Of a stretch of DNA of 64,000 bases, positions 1 through 10,677 are shown piece after piece. The position numbers and the translations under genes were made by a program. Source of the stretch: Verrucomicrobiia bacterium (GTDB lineage: Bacteria; Verrucomicrobiota; Verrucomicrobiia; Limisphaerales; UBA1319); contig OY760937.1 of assembly GCA_963664225.1 (NCBI GenBank), forward strand, positions 5,568,001 through 5,632,000, in the 5' to 3' direction. Position 1 is the first letter of the stretch; every line of letters begins with the position of its first letter. The notes below the pieces were generated by a model. The model saw only the letters and a program-made list of their open reading frames with translations, was not told the origin of the DNA and made no database searches.

Positions 1-2
1 AT

Positions 3-782
3 CTGATCAGTGGCTGGGCGCATTCCCGCGACCTCCATTATGTGCCGTCCCTGATGCGTGCCTATAACACGGATGATAAGATTCTCGACACGCTCCAGTT
101 GCTGGAGGAGCAGGGCGTCAACACCATCATCGCGGATCCACGCAAGAACGTCATGAACGTCTTCAGCCGTTATTGGAAGGAGCGAGGCGGCAAGATTCAG
201 TGGATCGCCGAGGGGCACCCTGACATCGACGACTGGAAGACCAATATGAAGCAGTCGATCGATTTTGGCGCGGTGGCCGTTTACATCCAGGGCGTGAAGT
301 CCGATTATTTTTTGAAGGAAAGGCATGGCGAACTTCTGGGCAAATGTGTCGATTTCATCAAGGCGCAAGGGGTTCCGGGCGGCATTGGGGCGCACAAATT
401 GGAGGTCATCATGGAGTCGGAGAAGAACAATTATGGCGCCGATTTCTACGTAAAGACCCTCCACCATACGAAGTATTGGTCCACCCGGCGACCTGATCAG
501 ACACAGGATGTGGTGGATAACTCGGCCGACAATTACTGGGATTTCGATCCAGAGAAGACGATTGCCTTCATGCAGACGGTAAAGAAGCCGTGGATCGCCT
601 TCAAGGTGCTGGCGGCTGGGGCGATACAGCCAAGTTCGGGCTTTCCGTTTGCGTTTGAAAACGGGGCAGACTTCATTTGCGTGGGCATGTTCGATTTCCA
701 GGTGGAAAAGAACGCGAAGCTGGCCCGTGCGGTATTCCAAAAGACGCAGGATCAAACTCGCAAACGGGGTTGGATGGCATAG
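3..782 (+). CDS. Aldo/keto-reductase-like TIM-barrel protein, 5' partial
   Basis: The frame is open from the window edge (LISGWAHSRDLHYV...). The C-terminal KPWIAFKVLAAGAI...FAFENGADFICVGMFDFQV resembles uncharacterised AKR-like proteins. Confidence 0.6.
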   Translation: MISGWAHSRDLHYVPSLMRAYNTDDKILDTLQLLEEQGVNTIIADPRKNVMNVFSRYWKERGGKIQWIAEGHPDIDDWKTNMKQSIDFGAVAVYIQGVKSDYFLKERHGELLGKCVDFIKAQGVPGGIGAHKLEVIMESEKNNYGADFYVKTLHHTKYWSTRRPDQTQDVVDNSADNYWDFDPEKTIAFMQTVKKPWIAFKVLAAGAIQPSSGFPFAFENGADFICVGMFDFQVEKNAKLARAVFQKTQDQTRKRGWMA

Positions 783-1110
783 AGATGCAGAGATGCGCGG
801 GTGCATGACAAGATTCCGCGATGAAATAACAAGAACTCCTAATAAATCCCCTGATACGGTTTCCACAGGGCATCATCCGTTGTCGAGGAGAGCCCCGGGA
901 AGCTCCCCGCAGCCAACGGTGAATAACTGTGCCGCCGCCAAAAAAACGAGTGGTGAAAAAGATTTGCCGTTGGGGTATAAAAAGCCTGGCGGGCATCGCG
1001 CCAGAGGTTGGCCAATGAACAAATTAAACGATGAATACCACACCATACTCTGGGTTGGCCCATTTACGCTTAGGTTGGTTCAATACAACTGATTCCACCA
1101 TAATTGAGCC

Positions 1111-1602
1111 ATGAGCTTCCAACGGCTTTTTCAAGCAAGAATCTCGTTGCTATCGGTCGCATGCTTTTTGATCGGCTGCACGTCTATCACATATGGGCTT
1201 ACGCGGTGGCTCGTTACTAAGCACATCATCGAAGATCAAGTAGTGCAAATAAAGAACTACGTTGAAAGCGAGAATATTGAAATCGTAAGCGTCAAATTTT
1301 CTGGGGATCGCAATGTTCTGTCCAAATCACCCAAACCGACTTCTGATATTTTGAGCCGAATCACTCGACCGGGATACCCCGATTACTGGCGTCCGGGTGC
1401 CTTGATGATGGGCGCTATTGGTGCCTTTTTCATATCTTACGGATGCTATTCGGCAGTTCGGGCTTATGGTGAAATCTCTAAATCCGGTCGTGAGAATTTG
1501 CACTTCGCGTTGACCGCTTTGATACTCAGCGGGATTGTGTTTACATTGGTCGCCTTGGTGATTAGCCGTGCTTGGCTCTCAGCTATTGAATCTGCATTCT
1601 AA
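1111..1602 (+). CDS. Hypothetical membrane protein (about 3 TM segments)
   Basis: 163-aa ORF with three hydrophobic stretches. The DNA is visibly more AT-rich than the flanking genes. Confidence 0.55.
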   Translation: MSFQRLFQARISLLSVACFLIGCTSITYGLTRWLVTKHIIEDQVVQIKNYVESENIEIVSVKFSGDRNVLSKSPKPTSDILSRITRPGYPDYWRPGALMMGAIGAFFISYGCYSAVRAYGEISKSGRENLHFALTALILSGIVFTLVALVISRAWLSAIESAF

Positions 1603-1808
1603 AAGTGCTTAGGAAAGGGTTTCCGGAATTCTGAATGGCTGTCAAAGTTCGTTTAAATTGTCCCCATTGGATCATTTGGACTCTCTTTTCACCGTATCCG
1701 TCAGGCGAAGAGGCAACAGGCAATGACCGGGCTGAAGCGGTTAAATGGGGGGCATGAACCACAGAACTGCTTGCTCAAACCGATTTCCAAGTCACACAAC
1801 GGTTTTAG

Positions 1809-1962
1809 CTCTCCCCGCTCGTGCCTCGCTGGGCGAGCAGGTGGAGCGCGTGTTTCGCAAGTTTTTGGCAATTGGACGCATGAAGGCTGAAGAGATCGCG
1901 GATGGCGTGCCGGGGACTGCCAAGCCCATGTGCTTCCATGCCGTTTTAAGGCCTTTTTCGGC
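1809..1962. repeat. Intergenic composite repeat, copy 1 (REP-like 17-mer plus 35-bp motif)
   Basis: CTCTCCCCGCTCGTGCC (1809-1825) is identical to 4159-4175. Positions 1928-1962 match 4247-4281 at 30/35. Confidence 0.7.
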
Positions 1963-2062
1963 TTTCTGAAGGATTTGGCCGAGCGCCACGAGTCAGGCAA
2001 AAAGTCATATCTGGGTTGCAGTCCATCATGGCGCGTGTTAGCTTCGCTCAAATTCTATTAAG

Positions 2063-4072
2063 ATGTCAGACGATAATAAAAACGAATTACGGAGCGAAAA
2101 ACGTAATAGCGATGGGAAAATACCGCCTCGTGGGTGGATTTTGCTTATCGCGGCGCTGGGTTTGATCCCGTTAATGATGATTTTACGGGATCACGCGGAA
2201 AGCCGTCAAAAGCCCATCAGCCACCAGGAGTTTGTAAATCTCGTCAAGAACGGCCAGGTCACTGAAGGCATCATCAATTACAATCCGCAGTCGCCTGACC
2301 TGAAGGAGATCACCGGCAAGTATCATCCGTCCAAGACGACGGAGGATGTCGCGCCATTCAAGCTCAAGACCTTTCTGACGCCGGAATTGACGGATCAGCT
2401 CCTGAACACAGGCAAATTTCGCACTGCAGAACCGAACACATTGCTGATTGGTTTTCTCTACACAGTTGCGCCGATTGTGCTTGTGGCGGTCATTATTTAT
2501 TTCTTTCTGATCCGGCAGATTCGCAGTGCCGGGAAGGGAGCGTTGAGCTTTGGAAAGAGCAAGGCGCGCCTGATGAGCAAGGACAAGAACAAGCTGACAT
2601 TCAAAGACGTGGCCGGGGTGGAGGAAGCCAAGGATGAAGTGTCTGAACTGGTTGAATTTTTGAAGGATCCGAAGAAGTTTCAAAAGCTAGGCGGGCGCAT
2701 CCCCAAAGGCATATTGATGATTGGGCCGCCGGGAACGGGCAAAACGTTGCTGGCAAGAGCCATTGCCGGAGAGGCGGATGCCTCATTCTTCAGCATCAGC
2801 GGTTCGGATTTCGTGGAAATGTTCGTGGGTGTGGGCGCCAGCCGCGTGCGCGACATGTTTGAGCAGGCTCGCCGAAGCACGCCATGCCTGGTGTTCATTG
2901 ATGAAATCGATGCTGTGGGTCGGAGTCGTGGACACGGCCTGGGTGGTGGCAATGACGAACGCGAGCAGACGCTGAATGCCTTGCTGGTGGAAATGGACGG
3001 TTTCGATACGCAGGAAGGAATCATTATCATTGCTGCGACCAATCGGCCGGACGTTCTCGATCCCGCCTTGCTGCGGCCGGGACGTTTCGATCGTCAGATT
3101 ATTGTTAATTTGCCCGATGTTCGCGGACGCGAAGCGATTCTCAAGGTACATGCGAAAAAGGTGAAGCTCGATCCGGCATCGGATCTGTCGGTTATCGCGA
3201 GGGCCACGCCCGGGTATTCGGGGGCGGAACTAGCTAATTTGCTCAATGAAGCCGCATTGCAGGCGGCCCGACAAAACAAGAAGGCCATTGGAATGGTTGA
3301 GCTGGAGGAAGCCCGCATCAAAGTGCGCTGGGGCCGGGAGCGGCGCAGTCTTGCCATGACCGATGAGGACAAGAAGCGCACGGCATGGCATGAGGCTGGG
3401 CACGCCCTGGTCAACGTATTGCTCAAGCACACCAGTCCATTGCACAAGGTGACGATCATACCCCGCGGGCAGTCCCTGGGGTCCACCATGTCGCTCCCCA
3501 AGGAGGAGATGTGGAATCGGCAGCGCAAAGAAATGCTCGATATGATCGCGATGGGCATGGCGGGACGCATCGCCGAGGAAGTTTTTTCCAACGATATTTC
3601 CACGGGCGCCAGCGGGGATATTCAAATGTCCACGCAATTGGCGCGAGCGATGGTCTGCCATTACGGAATGAGTGAGAAGCTGGGGATGGTCCAATATGGA
3701 GAAGACAGCGAGTTTGTGTTCCTGGGCCGTGAGATGGTGCGATCCAAGGAATACAGCGAGAGCACATCGGAAATGATCGACTTCGAAGTGAAGCGATTGA
3801 TTGATGAAGGCTATGCCCGGGCGAAGAAGCTCATTGAAGACAATCGAGACAAATTGGAATTGGTCGCTCAAGCCCTTCTGGAATATGAAACTTTGGATGG
3901 GAGCCAGGTTGAGGACATCGTGAAGACTGGCAAATTCACGCCTCCTCCCGTTCCCCCTGTGATCGATCCGCCATCGGGTGCGCTTGCCGCAACTCCTTTG
4001 GGGGATGCAACGAAGCCTGCAAAACCGAAGATCGATCCAGGATTGGCTGCGCCAGAGCCTGCCGCAGTTTGA
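2063..4072 (+). CDS. ftsH: ATP-dependent zinc metalloprotease FtsH
   Basis: Two N-terminal TMs, Walker A GPPGTGKT, Walker [30 protein letters not shown] and HEAGH zinc motif. Confidence 0.98.
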   Translation: MSDDNKNELRSEKRNSDGKIPPRGWILLIAALGLIPLMMILRDHAESRQKPISHQEFVNLVKNGQVTEGIINYNPQSPDLKEITGKYHPSKTTEDVAPFKLKTFLTPELTDQLLNTGKFRTAEPNTLLIGFLYTVAPIVLVAVIIYFFLIRQIRSAGKGALSFGKSKARLMSKDKNKLTFKDVAGVEEAKDEVSELVEFLKDPKKFQKLGGRIPKGILMIGPPGTGKTLLARAIAGEADASFFSISGSDFVEMFVGVGASRVRDMFEQARRSTPCLVFIDEIDAVGRSRGHGLGGGNDEREQTLNALLVEMDGFDTQEGIIIIAATNRPDVLDPALLRPGRFDRQIIVNLPDVRGREAILKVHAKKVKLDPASDLSVIARATPGYSGAELANLLNEAALQAARQNKKAIGMVELEEARIKVRWGRERRSLAMTDEDKKRTAWHEAGHALVNVLLKHTSPLHKVTIIPRGQSLGSTMSLPKEEMWNRQRKEMLDMIAMGMAGRIAEEVFSNDISTGASGDIQMSTQLARAMVCHYGMSEKLGMVQYGEDSEFVFLGREMVRSKEYSESTSEMIDFEVKRLIDEGYARAKKLIEDNRDKLELVAQALLEYETLDGSQVEDIVKTGKFTPPPVPPVIDPPSGALAATPLGDATKPAKPKIDPGLAAPEPAAV

Positions 4073-4158
4073 AATTACGGCGATCGAGAGAGCTGGGTGC
4101 ATGACAAAATTCTTCGGCAAGGAAGCAAGGCCTATAAAATGAGCCCCTCTCTCCGGCT

Positions 4159-4281
4159 CTCTCCCCGCTCGTGCCAATTCAGGTTTTGGGGCGAGAGAGA
4201 AGAATTGCACGTTCAATTCTTTGGGCCGACTGTGTTAATTCGTCCTATGTGCTTTCATGGCGTTTTGGAGCCTTTTTCGGC
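4159..4281. repeat. Intergenic composite repeat, copy 2
   Basis: Same two motifs, in the same order and orientation, as 1809-1962. Confidence 0.7.
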
Positions 4282-4540
4282 ATGCTGGAGAAATTTGTCC
4301 TGCCACCTGAGGGAGTTGATGGATCTGTGGCGTTTCAGGGCCGCATTGTGTTGAGCGCATAGGAACCTGAGTGGACCATTTGTCTTGAGGATAACCCGTT
4401 TTTTTTGAATTTCAGCCGCAATGGGTGTGGTTTGGTGTGGTTTTTCTTGCCTGCGATTTGGAATCGGGCATATTTGACGCAGGTTGAGATGGTTGTCGTC
4501 TCATCCTTGAAAGACCGGCAAGTGCCAGGTCTGACGGTTT

Positions 4541-4617
4541 GCGCGAGTAGCTCAATTGGATAGAGTGACGGCCTCCGAAGCCGCAGGTTGTGGGTTCAAT
4601 TCCCGCCTCGCGCACCA
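4541..4617 (+). tRNA. tRNA-Arg(CCG)
   Basis: Acceptor stem GCGCGAG/CTCGCGC, anticodon loop CT-CCG-AA, T-loop GGTTCAATTCC and encoded CCA. Confidence 0.95.
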
Positions 4618-4808
4618 CTTCTTTTGATGAATTCCGGGACGGCCATGGCCGGGGCGTCATTCTCCAACACTACCGTGCCCCAACCTTTGAGGGTGGCCCG
4701 CTACAACCCAACGCCGTCGCGAATCCCTGCACGGAGGCATTATCTTAAAGAAAAGATGGTTTTTGGAATAAGCGAGGCCAAAAAGTGACAAAATGATTGT
4801 GTAGCTAC

Positions 4809-4836
4809 TTGACAGAATGAGTTTTGCTTTTAGTTT
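4809..4836 (+). promoter_or_regulatory. Putative sigma70 promoter (leaderless)
   Basis: TTGACA-16 bp-TAGTTT, ending 6 nt before the ATG at 4843. Confidence 0.5.
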
Positions 4837-4842
4837 GGGCCG

Positions 4843-5130
4843 ATGGCAAAACTGCCTCACAAGAATAATAAAAGCGGACGGTCCATGCTTTTGGGTATAG
4901 GTTTGGACACTGATGGGCATAAACGGGTTACAACCGGACCTAATTTTTTGCTGGCTGGCGGCACCAAGGAAACGCATGAGGTGATGACCGAGAAGGTCAT
5001 CAAGATTAATGAGAAGCTTACAGCTCGCGGAAAAACGCTCGAAACGATAGGCCATACGGAATTTGAAGATATTGCCCATGATGTCGGCTTGCGACGTCCC
5101 GAAGCGACGGGGCCTGATGCCAATAGGTAA
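4843..5130 (+). CDS. Small conserved-looking hypothetical protein
   Basis: 95-aa ORF (LLGIGLDTDGHKRVTTGPNFLLAGGTKETHE) with a promoter-like element directly upstream. Confidence 0.7.
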   Translation: MAKLPHKNNKSGRSMLLGIGLDTDGHKRVTTGPNFLLAGGTKETHEVMTEKVIKINEKLTARGKTLETIGHTEFEDIAHDVGLRRPEATGPDANR

Positions 5131-5155
5131 GAACTGGTAAGAATTGGTAAGAGTT
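5126..5155. repeat. Tandem 10-mer x3 (GGTAAGAAYT-like)
   Basis: ggtaagaact ggtaagaatt ggtaagagtt. Confidence 0.8.
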
Positions 5156-5238
5156 GCCTGCGTGGCGGGTCCTCTGGCGACACCCGTGTGGGGTTTTCGG
5201 AGTTGGAATTTGGGATTGCGGTTGTTTGGGATTGAATT

Positions 5239-5619
5239 ATGACGGGATCGATTGGACATACACTCCAGTTTTTGGCGGTTTTTCTGGTCATCGCGGTTTC
5301 GTTTCCCCTGATCCCGATATTGCTGGCGCGGATTTGGGCCAACCTGTTTTCCCCGGGGAAACCCAGTTCCCGAAAGAATGCCATCTATGAGTGCGGGTTG
5401 GAATCCAAAGGGGATGCCTGGATTCAATATCAATCGCAGTATTATGTGTACGCGATTTTATTTCTGGTCTTCGATGTGGAATCCATTTTTCTGATACCTT
5501 TTGGGGTCGCTTTTCTGGAGCTTCCGGCCGGTGCGGTCGTCGCAATGCTCGTTTTTGTGCTATTATTGTTCGAGGGTCTTGCCTGGGCCTGGATGAAGGG
5601 TGTGTTGAACTGGAAGTAA
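5239..5619 (+). CDS. nuoA: Complex I subunit A
   Basis: YECG loop, FLVFDVE motif, ends WAWMKGVLNW. Confidence 0.95.
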   Translation: MTGSIGHTLQFLAVFLVIAVSFPLIPILLARIWANLFSPGKPSSRKNAIYECGLESKGDAWIQYQSQYYVYAILFLVFDVESIFLIPFGVAFLELPAGAVVAMLVFVLLLFEGLAWAWMKGVLNWK

Positions 5620-5625
5620 GTCATT

Positions 5626-6240
5626 ATGGACGAACGCTTGCGAAGCGAGCTCAGTCGGCAGGGGATCATAACGATTAAGATGGAGACCCTGTATAATTGG
5701 GGTCGAAAGAACTCCCTCTGGCCGCTTGGATTCGGACTGGCCTGTTGCGCAATTGAGATGATTGCGGCATCGATGGCGCGGTTTGATTTGTCGCGATTTG
5801 GCGCGGAGGTGTTCCGCCCGTCCCCGAGGCAGGCGGATTTAATGATCGTGGCCGGGACGGTGACCAAGAAAATGGCGCCGCAGGTAGTGCGACTTTATAA
5901 TCAAATGCCCGAGCCGAAATACGTGATTGCGATGGGCGCGTGCGCGATTTCAGGGGGGCCATTCAAGCAGGGTTACAATGTCCTCAAGGGAATAGACCGG
6001 TACATACCCGTGGATGTGCATATACCGGGATGCCCGCCCAAACCGGAAGCCGTCATACAGGGTTTGATGCTTTTGCAGGAGATGATCGACGGACAGAAAT
6101 TGACCGGACCGGACCGTCCGCGTTTTTTGAAGAAAAGCGAACCTTCTGATTATGATGTGCCGGTCGAGGGAGCGCATGATCTTGTGCCGCCGTACAATGC
6201 GGCGGTGTGGCGTCCGCCTAAAATTACGATTGATGAATAA
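5626..6240 (+). CDS. nuoB: Complex I subunit B
   Basis: [20 protein letters not shown] and PGCPP (N2 cluster ligands). Confidence 0.97.
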   Translation: MDERLRSELSRQGIITIKMETLYNWGRKNSLWPLGFGLACCAIEMIAASMARFDLSRFGAEVFRPSPRQADLMIVAGTVTKKMAPQVVRLYNQMPEPKYVIAMGACAISGGPFKQGYNVLKGIDRYIPVDVHIPGCPPKPEAVIQGLMLLQEMIDGQKLTGPDRPRFLKKSEPSDYDVPVEGAHDLVPPYNAAVWRPPKITIDE

Positions 6241-6878
6241 TGGAGTCACTCGAACAAATCAAAGCGCGGGTTGAACAGGCGGTTCCGGGAGCCCTATTGG
6301 AGATCCTTCCCAACGGCAGTCCTGGAAATCCTGCGTCAATGCGGGCGGATGCGGAGCATGCATTGGCCGTGGCGCGTTTTTTGAGGGATGATGGACAATT
6401 GCGATTGGATTATGCCTCGAACGTGACGGGTGTCGATTGGCCGGACAAAGTTGTGCAGCAAACCGTGAAGGTGCTGAAGAGTGTGGATGGGGTGGAAAAG
6501 GAATTTGACTCCAAGGTGGAGACGCGGCAACCGGGTTTTTTGGAGGCGGTTTATCACCTTTACTCGATGGAACTCAAGCACGGCCCGCTTGTTTTGAGGA
6601 TGCGCACGGTCAATCGAGGGGATCAGACGCATCTGCCTTCGCTGACACCGCTGTATCGCAGCGCGGATTTTCAGGAGCGGGAGATTTACGATTTGTATGG
6701 GATTATTTTTGATGGGCATCCGGATTTGCGACGGTTACTGATGTGGGAAGGATTTGAGGATTTCCCCATGCGCAAGGACTACGTGGAGCCGGACGATTAC
6801 GAGTTTGAGCCCACAGCGCACAACCAGGTGTTGGAAAAGGCTAGAAAACATTATCCACCGAAGGCCTCCAATGGCTGA
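6240..6878 (+). CDS. nuoC: Complex I subunit C
   Basis: [23 protein letters not shown]...PMRKDY motif. Confidence 0.95.
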   Translation: MESLEQIKARVEQAVPGALLEILPNGSPGNPASMRADAEHALAVARFLRDDGQLRLDYASNVTGVDWPDKVVQQTVKVLKSVDGVEKEFDSKVETRQPGFLEAVYHLYSMELKHGPLVLRMRTVNRGDQTHLPSLTPLYRSADFQEREIYDLYGIIFDGHPDLRRLLMWEGFEDFPMRKDYVEPDDYEFEPTAHNQVLEKARKHYPPKASNG

Positions 6879-8082
6879 TATTGGAATAGAGAACGCGGGC
6901 GGGATTCTGGACTCAGGCGAGGGCATGGGTGTAGGCGTTGGCGTGGGCTATCGGCTTTTTCCAAAGGAATCGGCTGAGGACGAGGGGCGTTTCCTGGAGG
7001 TATCGATGGGGCCGCAGCATCCTTCAACGCATGGCGTTTTCCGAATGGATGTTCTTCTGGACGGGGAAACCGTGGTGCGGCTTAAACCGGTCTTCGGCTA
7101 TCTGCATCGCAACCATGAAAAGATCGCGGAAGGCACAAGCTATCTGGGCTCGATGCCGTACACGGACCGGCTCGATTATTTCAATTCGATGACGAATAAT
7201 TGGGCTTACGCGCTTGCGGTGGAGAAACTGGCGGGGATCAGCGTGCCGGAGCGTGCCGAATACATCCGGGTGATCACCGCGGAATTGTCGCGATTGCAGA
7301 ACCACGCCACGCTCATGGGTTTTCTGCTGCAGGACCTTGGCGCGATGGGGACGCCTTTGATGTATGCTTTTCGCGAACGGGAAAAAATCTTGGATTTATT
7401 CGAGGCGGTGAGCGGTTCCCGGATGATGTGCAATTACATGCGTTTCGGGGGATGCCGGGTGGATTTGCCCTCGGGATGGCTGGAGGAGACCGCGCGGCTG
7501 GTCGAAGAGTTCCCGGAGTTTTTGGATGAATTCGAAGCGTTGCTGGTGGAAAACGAAATCATCATGGCGCGGTTGCAGGGTGTGGGGGTGCTGTCGCGGG
7601 AATTAGCCGTCAATGCGGGGATCTCAGGGCCGATGTTGCGTGCCAGCGGTGTGAATTATGACATCCGCAAGGTGGATCATTATGGGATTTATGATCGCTT
7701 TGAATTCCGGGTGCCTTTGGGCGCGCATGGCGACTGCTACGACCGTTTCATGATGCGGTCGCTGGAAATGCGCGAATCGATCAAAATACTCCAACAGGCG
7801 CTGAAGCAAATTCCACAAGGGCCGGTGATCGATCCGAAGGTGAAGATTCGCAATTTCAAACCCAAGCCAGGAGAAGCGTATGGGCGAATTGAAGGACCCA
7901 AGGGCGAGCTTGGTTTTTACCTGATCAGCGATGGATCGGTCAGTCCATACCGGTATCGTGTGCGCCCGCCGAGCCTGATCAATTTAACGGTGCTGGAGGA
8001 TCTTTGCATCGGACGCAAGGTGGCGGACGTCATTGTGATTTTGGGCAGTGTGGATATTGTCCTCGGGGAGGTGGACCGCTGA
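6871..8082 (+). CDS. nuoD: Complex I subunit D
   Basis: [23 protein letters not shown]-terminal GEVDR. Start placed at ATG 6871, overlapping the nuoC stop. Confidence 0.96.
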   Translation: MADIGIENAGGILDSGEGMGVGVGVGYRLFPKESAEDEGRFLEVSMGPQHPSTHGVFRMDVLLDGETVVRLKPVFGYLHRNHEKIAEGTSYLGSMPYTDRLDYFNSMTNNWAYALAVEKLAGISVPERAEYIRVITAELSRLQNHATLMGFLLQDLGAMGTPLMYAFREREKILDLFEAVSGSRMMCNYMRFGGCRVDLPSGWLEETARLVEEFPEFLDEFEALLVENEIIMARLQGVGVLSRELAVNAGISGPMLRASGVNYDIRKVDHYGIYDRFEFRVPLGAHGDCYDRFMMRSLEMRESIKILQQALKQIPQGPVIDPKVKIRNFKPKPGEAYGRIEGPKGELGFYLISDGSVSPYRYRVRPPSLINLTVLEDLCIGRKVADVIVILGSVDIVLGEVDR

Positions 8083-8093
8083 GGCGGTGAGGT

Positions 8094-8657
8094 ATGTTCG
8101 GCAAAGGCATCATCAAGGGATTCATTGAAACGGCGCGCAATTTTGTGGGCAGCTACCACGATCCCGCGCGGATGGTGACCATGCAGTATCCAGAGGAGAA
8201 GCGGGCGCTTCCGGAGAACAGCCGCAATTTTCCATTTTTGGTTTTCGACGGGGACGATCCGATCAAAGGTCTGCGTTGCGTGTCGTGCAAAATATGTGAA
8301 AAAGAGTGTCCACCCCAGTGCATTTATATTGTCAACGAAAGAGATGAAAGAGGCAAACCGCTCAAGCATCCGAAGATATTCGATATCGACATCTCGGTGT
8401 GCATGAGCTGTCAGATATGCGTGGAGGTGTGTCCGTTCGATTCGATTAAAATGGATCAGGCCTACGAATTGAGCGCCACAGAGCGTTTTAAAAAACTCAT
8501 ACTGGATAAAAAGGCCCTTTCAAAATCCAACGAGTATTACCATCAGATCCATCCGACAGAGGCTGATGCGGTGGATGCCATATTGGAAGCGGAACGCAAA
8601 CAGCATGAGGCGAAGAAAAGTGCCGCGCCGTCCGCAACCACACCTCCCAAACCATGA
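8094..8657 (+). CDS. nuoI: Complex I subunit I (2x[4Fe-4S])
   Basis: TMQYPEE, CVSCKICEKECP and CMSCQICVEVCP. Confidence 0.95.
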   Translation: MFGKGIIKGFIETARNFVGSYHDPARMVTMQYPEEKRALPENSRNFPFLVFDGDDPIKGLRCVSCKICEKECPPQCIYIVNERDERGKPLKHPKIFDIDISVCMSCQICVEVCPFDSIKMDQAYELSATERFKKLILDKKALSKSNEYYHQIHPTEADAVDAILEAERKQHEAKKSAAPSATTPPKP

Positions 8658-9871
8658 CGAACTCAGGACTGACGGCGATTTTTCTTTGGGCGGGCCTGGA
8701 ACAGGGATTGGGAAAACTGTTGGACAGCGGCTTGAACCTGTTGCCGCCGGCCTGGCGCTCCTGGGCGTTGATCGTGGTTTTAGTGAGCGTGCTGCTCGGA
8801 GTATTTGCGTCGCTTTTTGCGTTGAGCACCTTGCTGGAGAGGAAAGGCCTAGGACGCATGCAAAACCGGCTTGGGCCCAATCGCGTGGGACCGTATGGGC
8901 TGTTTCAACCTGTGGCCGATGGCATCAAAATGCTGACCAAGGAAGACATTGTGCCAACGGGTGCGGACGGTGTGGTGCATTTCCTGGCTCCGATCGTTTT
9001 ATTTGCGCCGCTGACGCTGGCGTTTGCTGTTCTGCCTTATGGCAGGCATTGGGTGCCGCTGAACCTGGATGCGGGGCTGCTCTTCTTTTTCGCAGCGGGC
9101 TCCGCGTCTGAACTGGCGGCGTTCATGGCCGGGTGGTCCAGCCGGAATAAATATTCGCTGCTCGGGGGCATGCGAGCCATTGCCCAGATGATCAGTTTTG
9201 AGATGCCCTTGGTGGTGGCCTCGTTGTCAGTGGTGATGATTTCGGGAACGATGTCCCTTTCCGCCATTGTGGAACGGCAAGAGGCCTGGCTGTGGATTTT
9301 CCCAAAGTGGAATGTTTTCACGCCATGGGGTCTGGCTGGATTTGCATTGTTTATTGTCGCGGCCATGGCAGAGACGAATCGCTCCCCGTTCGATCTGCCT
9401 GAAGGCGAATCGGAGATCATTGGCGGGTTCATGACTGAATACTCGGGCTTCAAATACGCGGTGTTTTTCATGGGTGAGTATTTTGGAATGTTCGCGGTGA
9501 GCGGATTGGCGGTGACGCTATTTTTGGGGGGATGGAATGCACCGCTGTCGTTCCTGCCGGCGTCGTTTATCTGGTTCTTCGCGAAATTGATGGCGCTGGT
9601 GCTGGTGTTCATCTGGGTGCGAGGAACGTTGCCGCGCGTGCGTGCGGATCAGTTGATGAACCTGGCGTGGAAATATTTGTTTCCCATGTCCTTGTTAAAT
9701 TTGGTTGCGGCGGCACTATGGCATTACACAGCAATATGGCAGATGCCGGGTGGGTTGGTGTTACGCTGGATTGTGTGCTTTGCGGCCATCGCGGTTCCCT
9801 GCATGGGTCTGGCGCGAGCCATGATGAGCCGCCATCAATGGGCACCACGGGTGTATCAATTTGGAGACTGA
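8654..9871 (+). CDS. nuoH: Complex I subunit H
   Basis: ERK..GRMQNRLGPNRVG, DGIKMLTKE, ETNRSPFDLPEGESE. Confidence 0.97.
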   Translation: MTNSGLTAIFLWAGLEQGLGKLLDSGLNLLPPAWRSWALIVVLVSVLLGVFASLFALSTLLERKGLGRMQNRLGPNRVGPYGLFQPVADGIKMLTKEDIVPTGADGVVHFLAPIVLFAPLTLAFAVLPYGRHWVPLNLDAGLLFFFAAGSASELAAFMAGWSSRNKYSLLGGMRAIAQMISFEMPLVVASLSVVMISGTMSLSAIVERQEAWLWIFPKWNVFTPWGLAGFALFIVAAMAETNRSPFDLPEGESEIIGGFMTEYSGFKYAVFFMGEYFGMFAVSGLAVTLFLGGWNAPLSFLPASFIWFFAKLMALVLVFIWVRGTLPRVRADQLMNLAWKYLFPMSLLNLVAAALWHYTAIWQMPGGLVLRWIVCFAAIAVPCMGLARAMMSRHQWAPRVYQFGD

Positions 9872-10362
9872 TGCAAATCGCTTATTACATATTGGGAGTA
9901 TTGGTGATTGTGGGCGCCATTGCGGCGGTTTCGCTGCGAAAACCCATTCATTGCGCGCTGAGCCTGGCAGTTTCGCTGGCGGCGGTGGCGGGACATTTTG
10001 TTCTGCTCGGGGCGGAGTTTGTGGGGTTTGCGCAAATCCTGGTTTATGTTGGCGCGGTCGCGGTTCTCATGGTTTTTGTGATTTTATTGACCCGCGAGAA
10101 CACGCCGGGGGAGGGATTGGGCGTCGGACGGTGGATGATTGGCGCGGGAATCGCGGCGGGGGTGTTCGGCGTTCTGGCGGCATGCGCACTGGCATCCAAG
10201 ACGGTTTGGAACCCGGGGGTTCAACCCGAGGCGACTGCGCGAAGAATCGGCGAGCAGTTGATGAGCACCTATGTGTTGCCGATGGAAGCGCTGGGATTGT
10301 TGCTGACGGTTGCGGCGATTGGGGCGGTGGTGGTGGCAATGCAGGACAAAAAGCGAATATGA
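9871..10362 (+). CDS. nuoJ: Complex I subunit J
   Basis: AEFVGFAQILVYVGAVAVL motif. ATG overlaps the nuoH stop. Confidence 0.93.
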   Translation: MQIAYYILGVLVIVGAIAAVSLRKPIHCALSLAVSLAAVAGHFVLLGAEFVGFAQILVYVGAVAVLMVFVILLTRENTPGEGLGVGRWMIGAGIAAGVFGVLAACALASKTVWNPGVQPEATARRIGEQLMSTYVLPMEALGLLLTVAAIGAVVVAMQDKKRI

Positions 10363-10670
10363 TTTCGATCACGCATTATATAATTTTGTCGTCGGCGCTT
10401 TTTTGCGTCGGGCTGGCTGGCGTATTGAGTCGGCGCAATGCGATTGTGGTGTTGATCGGAATCGAACTGATGCTCAACGCAGGGAATCTGAACTTCATTG
10501 CATTCTGGCGGTTTGGGCCCAATCCCCAGCCATTGGCCGGGGTGATGTTTGCCATTTTTTCCATCGCCATTGCGGCGGCGGAAGCAGCGGTGGGACTGGC
10601 GCTGATCATGGCCATGTACCGCCATTTCAAGACAACGAATCTGGATAAATTAAGCTCATTGAAGGGATGA
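10359..10670 (+). CDS. nuoK: Complex I subunit K
   Basis: RRNAI..LIGIELMLNA and AAAEAAVGLA. ATGA overlap with nuoJ. Confidence 0.95.
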   Translation: MISITHYIILSSALFCVGLAGVLSRRNAIVVLIGIELMLNAGNLNFIAFWRFGPNPQPLAGVMFAIFSIAIAAAEAAVGLALIMAMYRHFKTTNLDKLSSLKG

Positions 10671-10677
10671 AGGCTCG

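Noticed and set aside
5126..5155. GGTAAGAAYT x3 as a CRISPR or iteron array
   Set aside because: Only three abutting 10-mers, with no spacers and no cas or rep gene.
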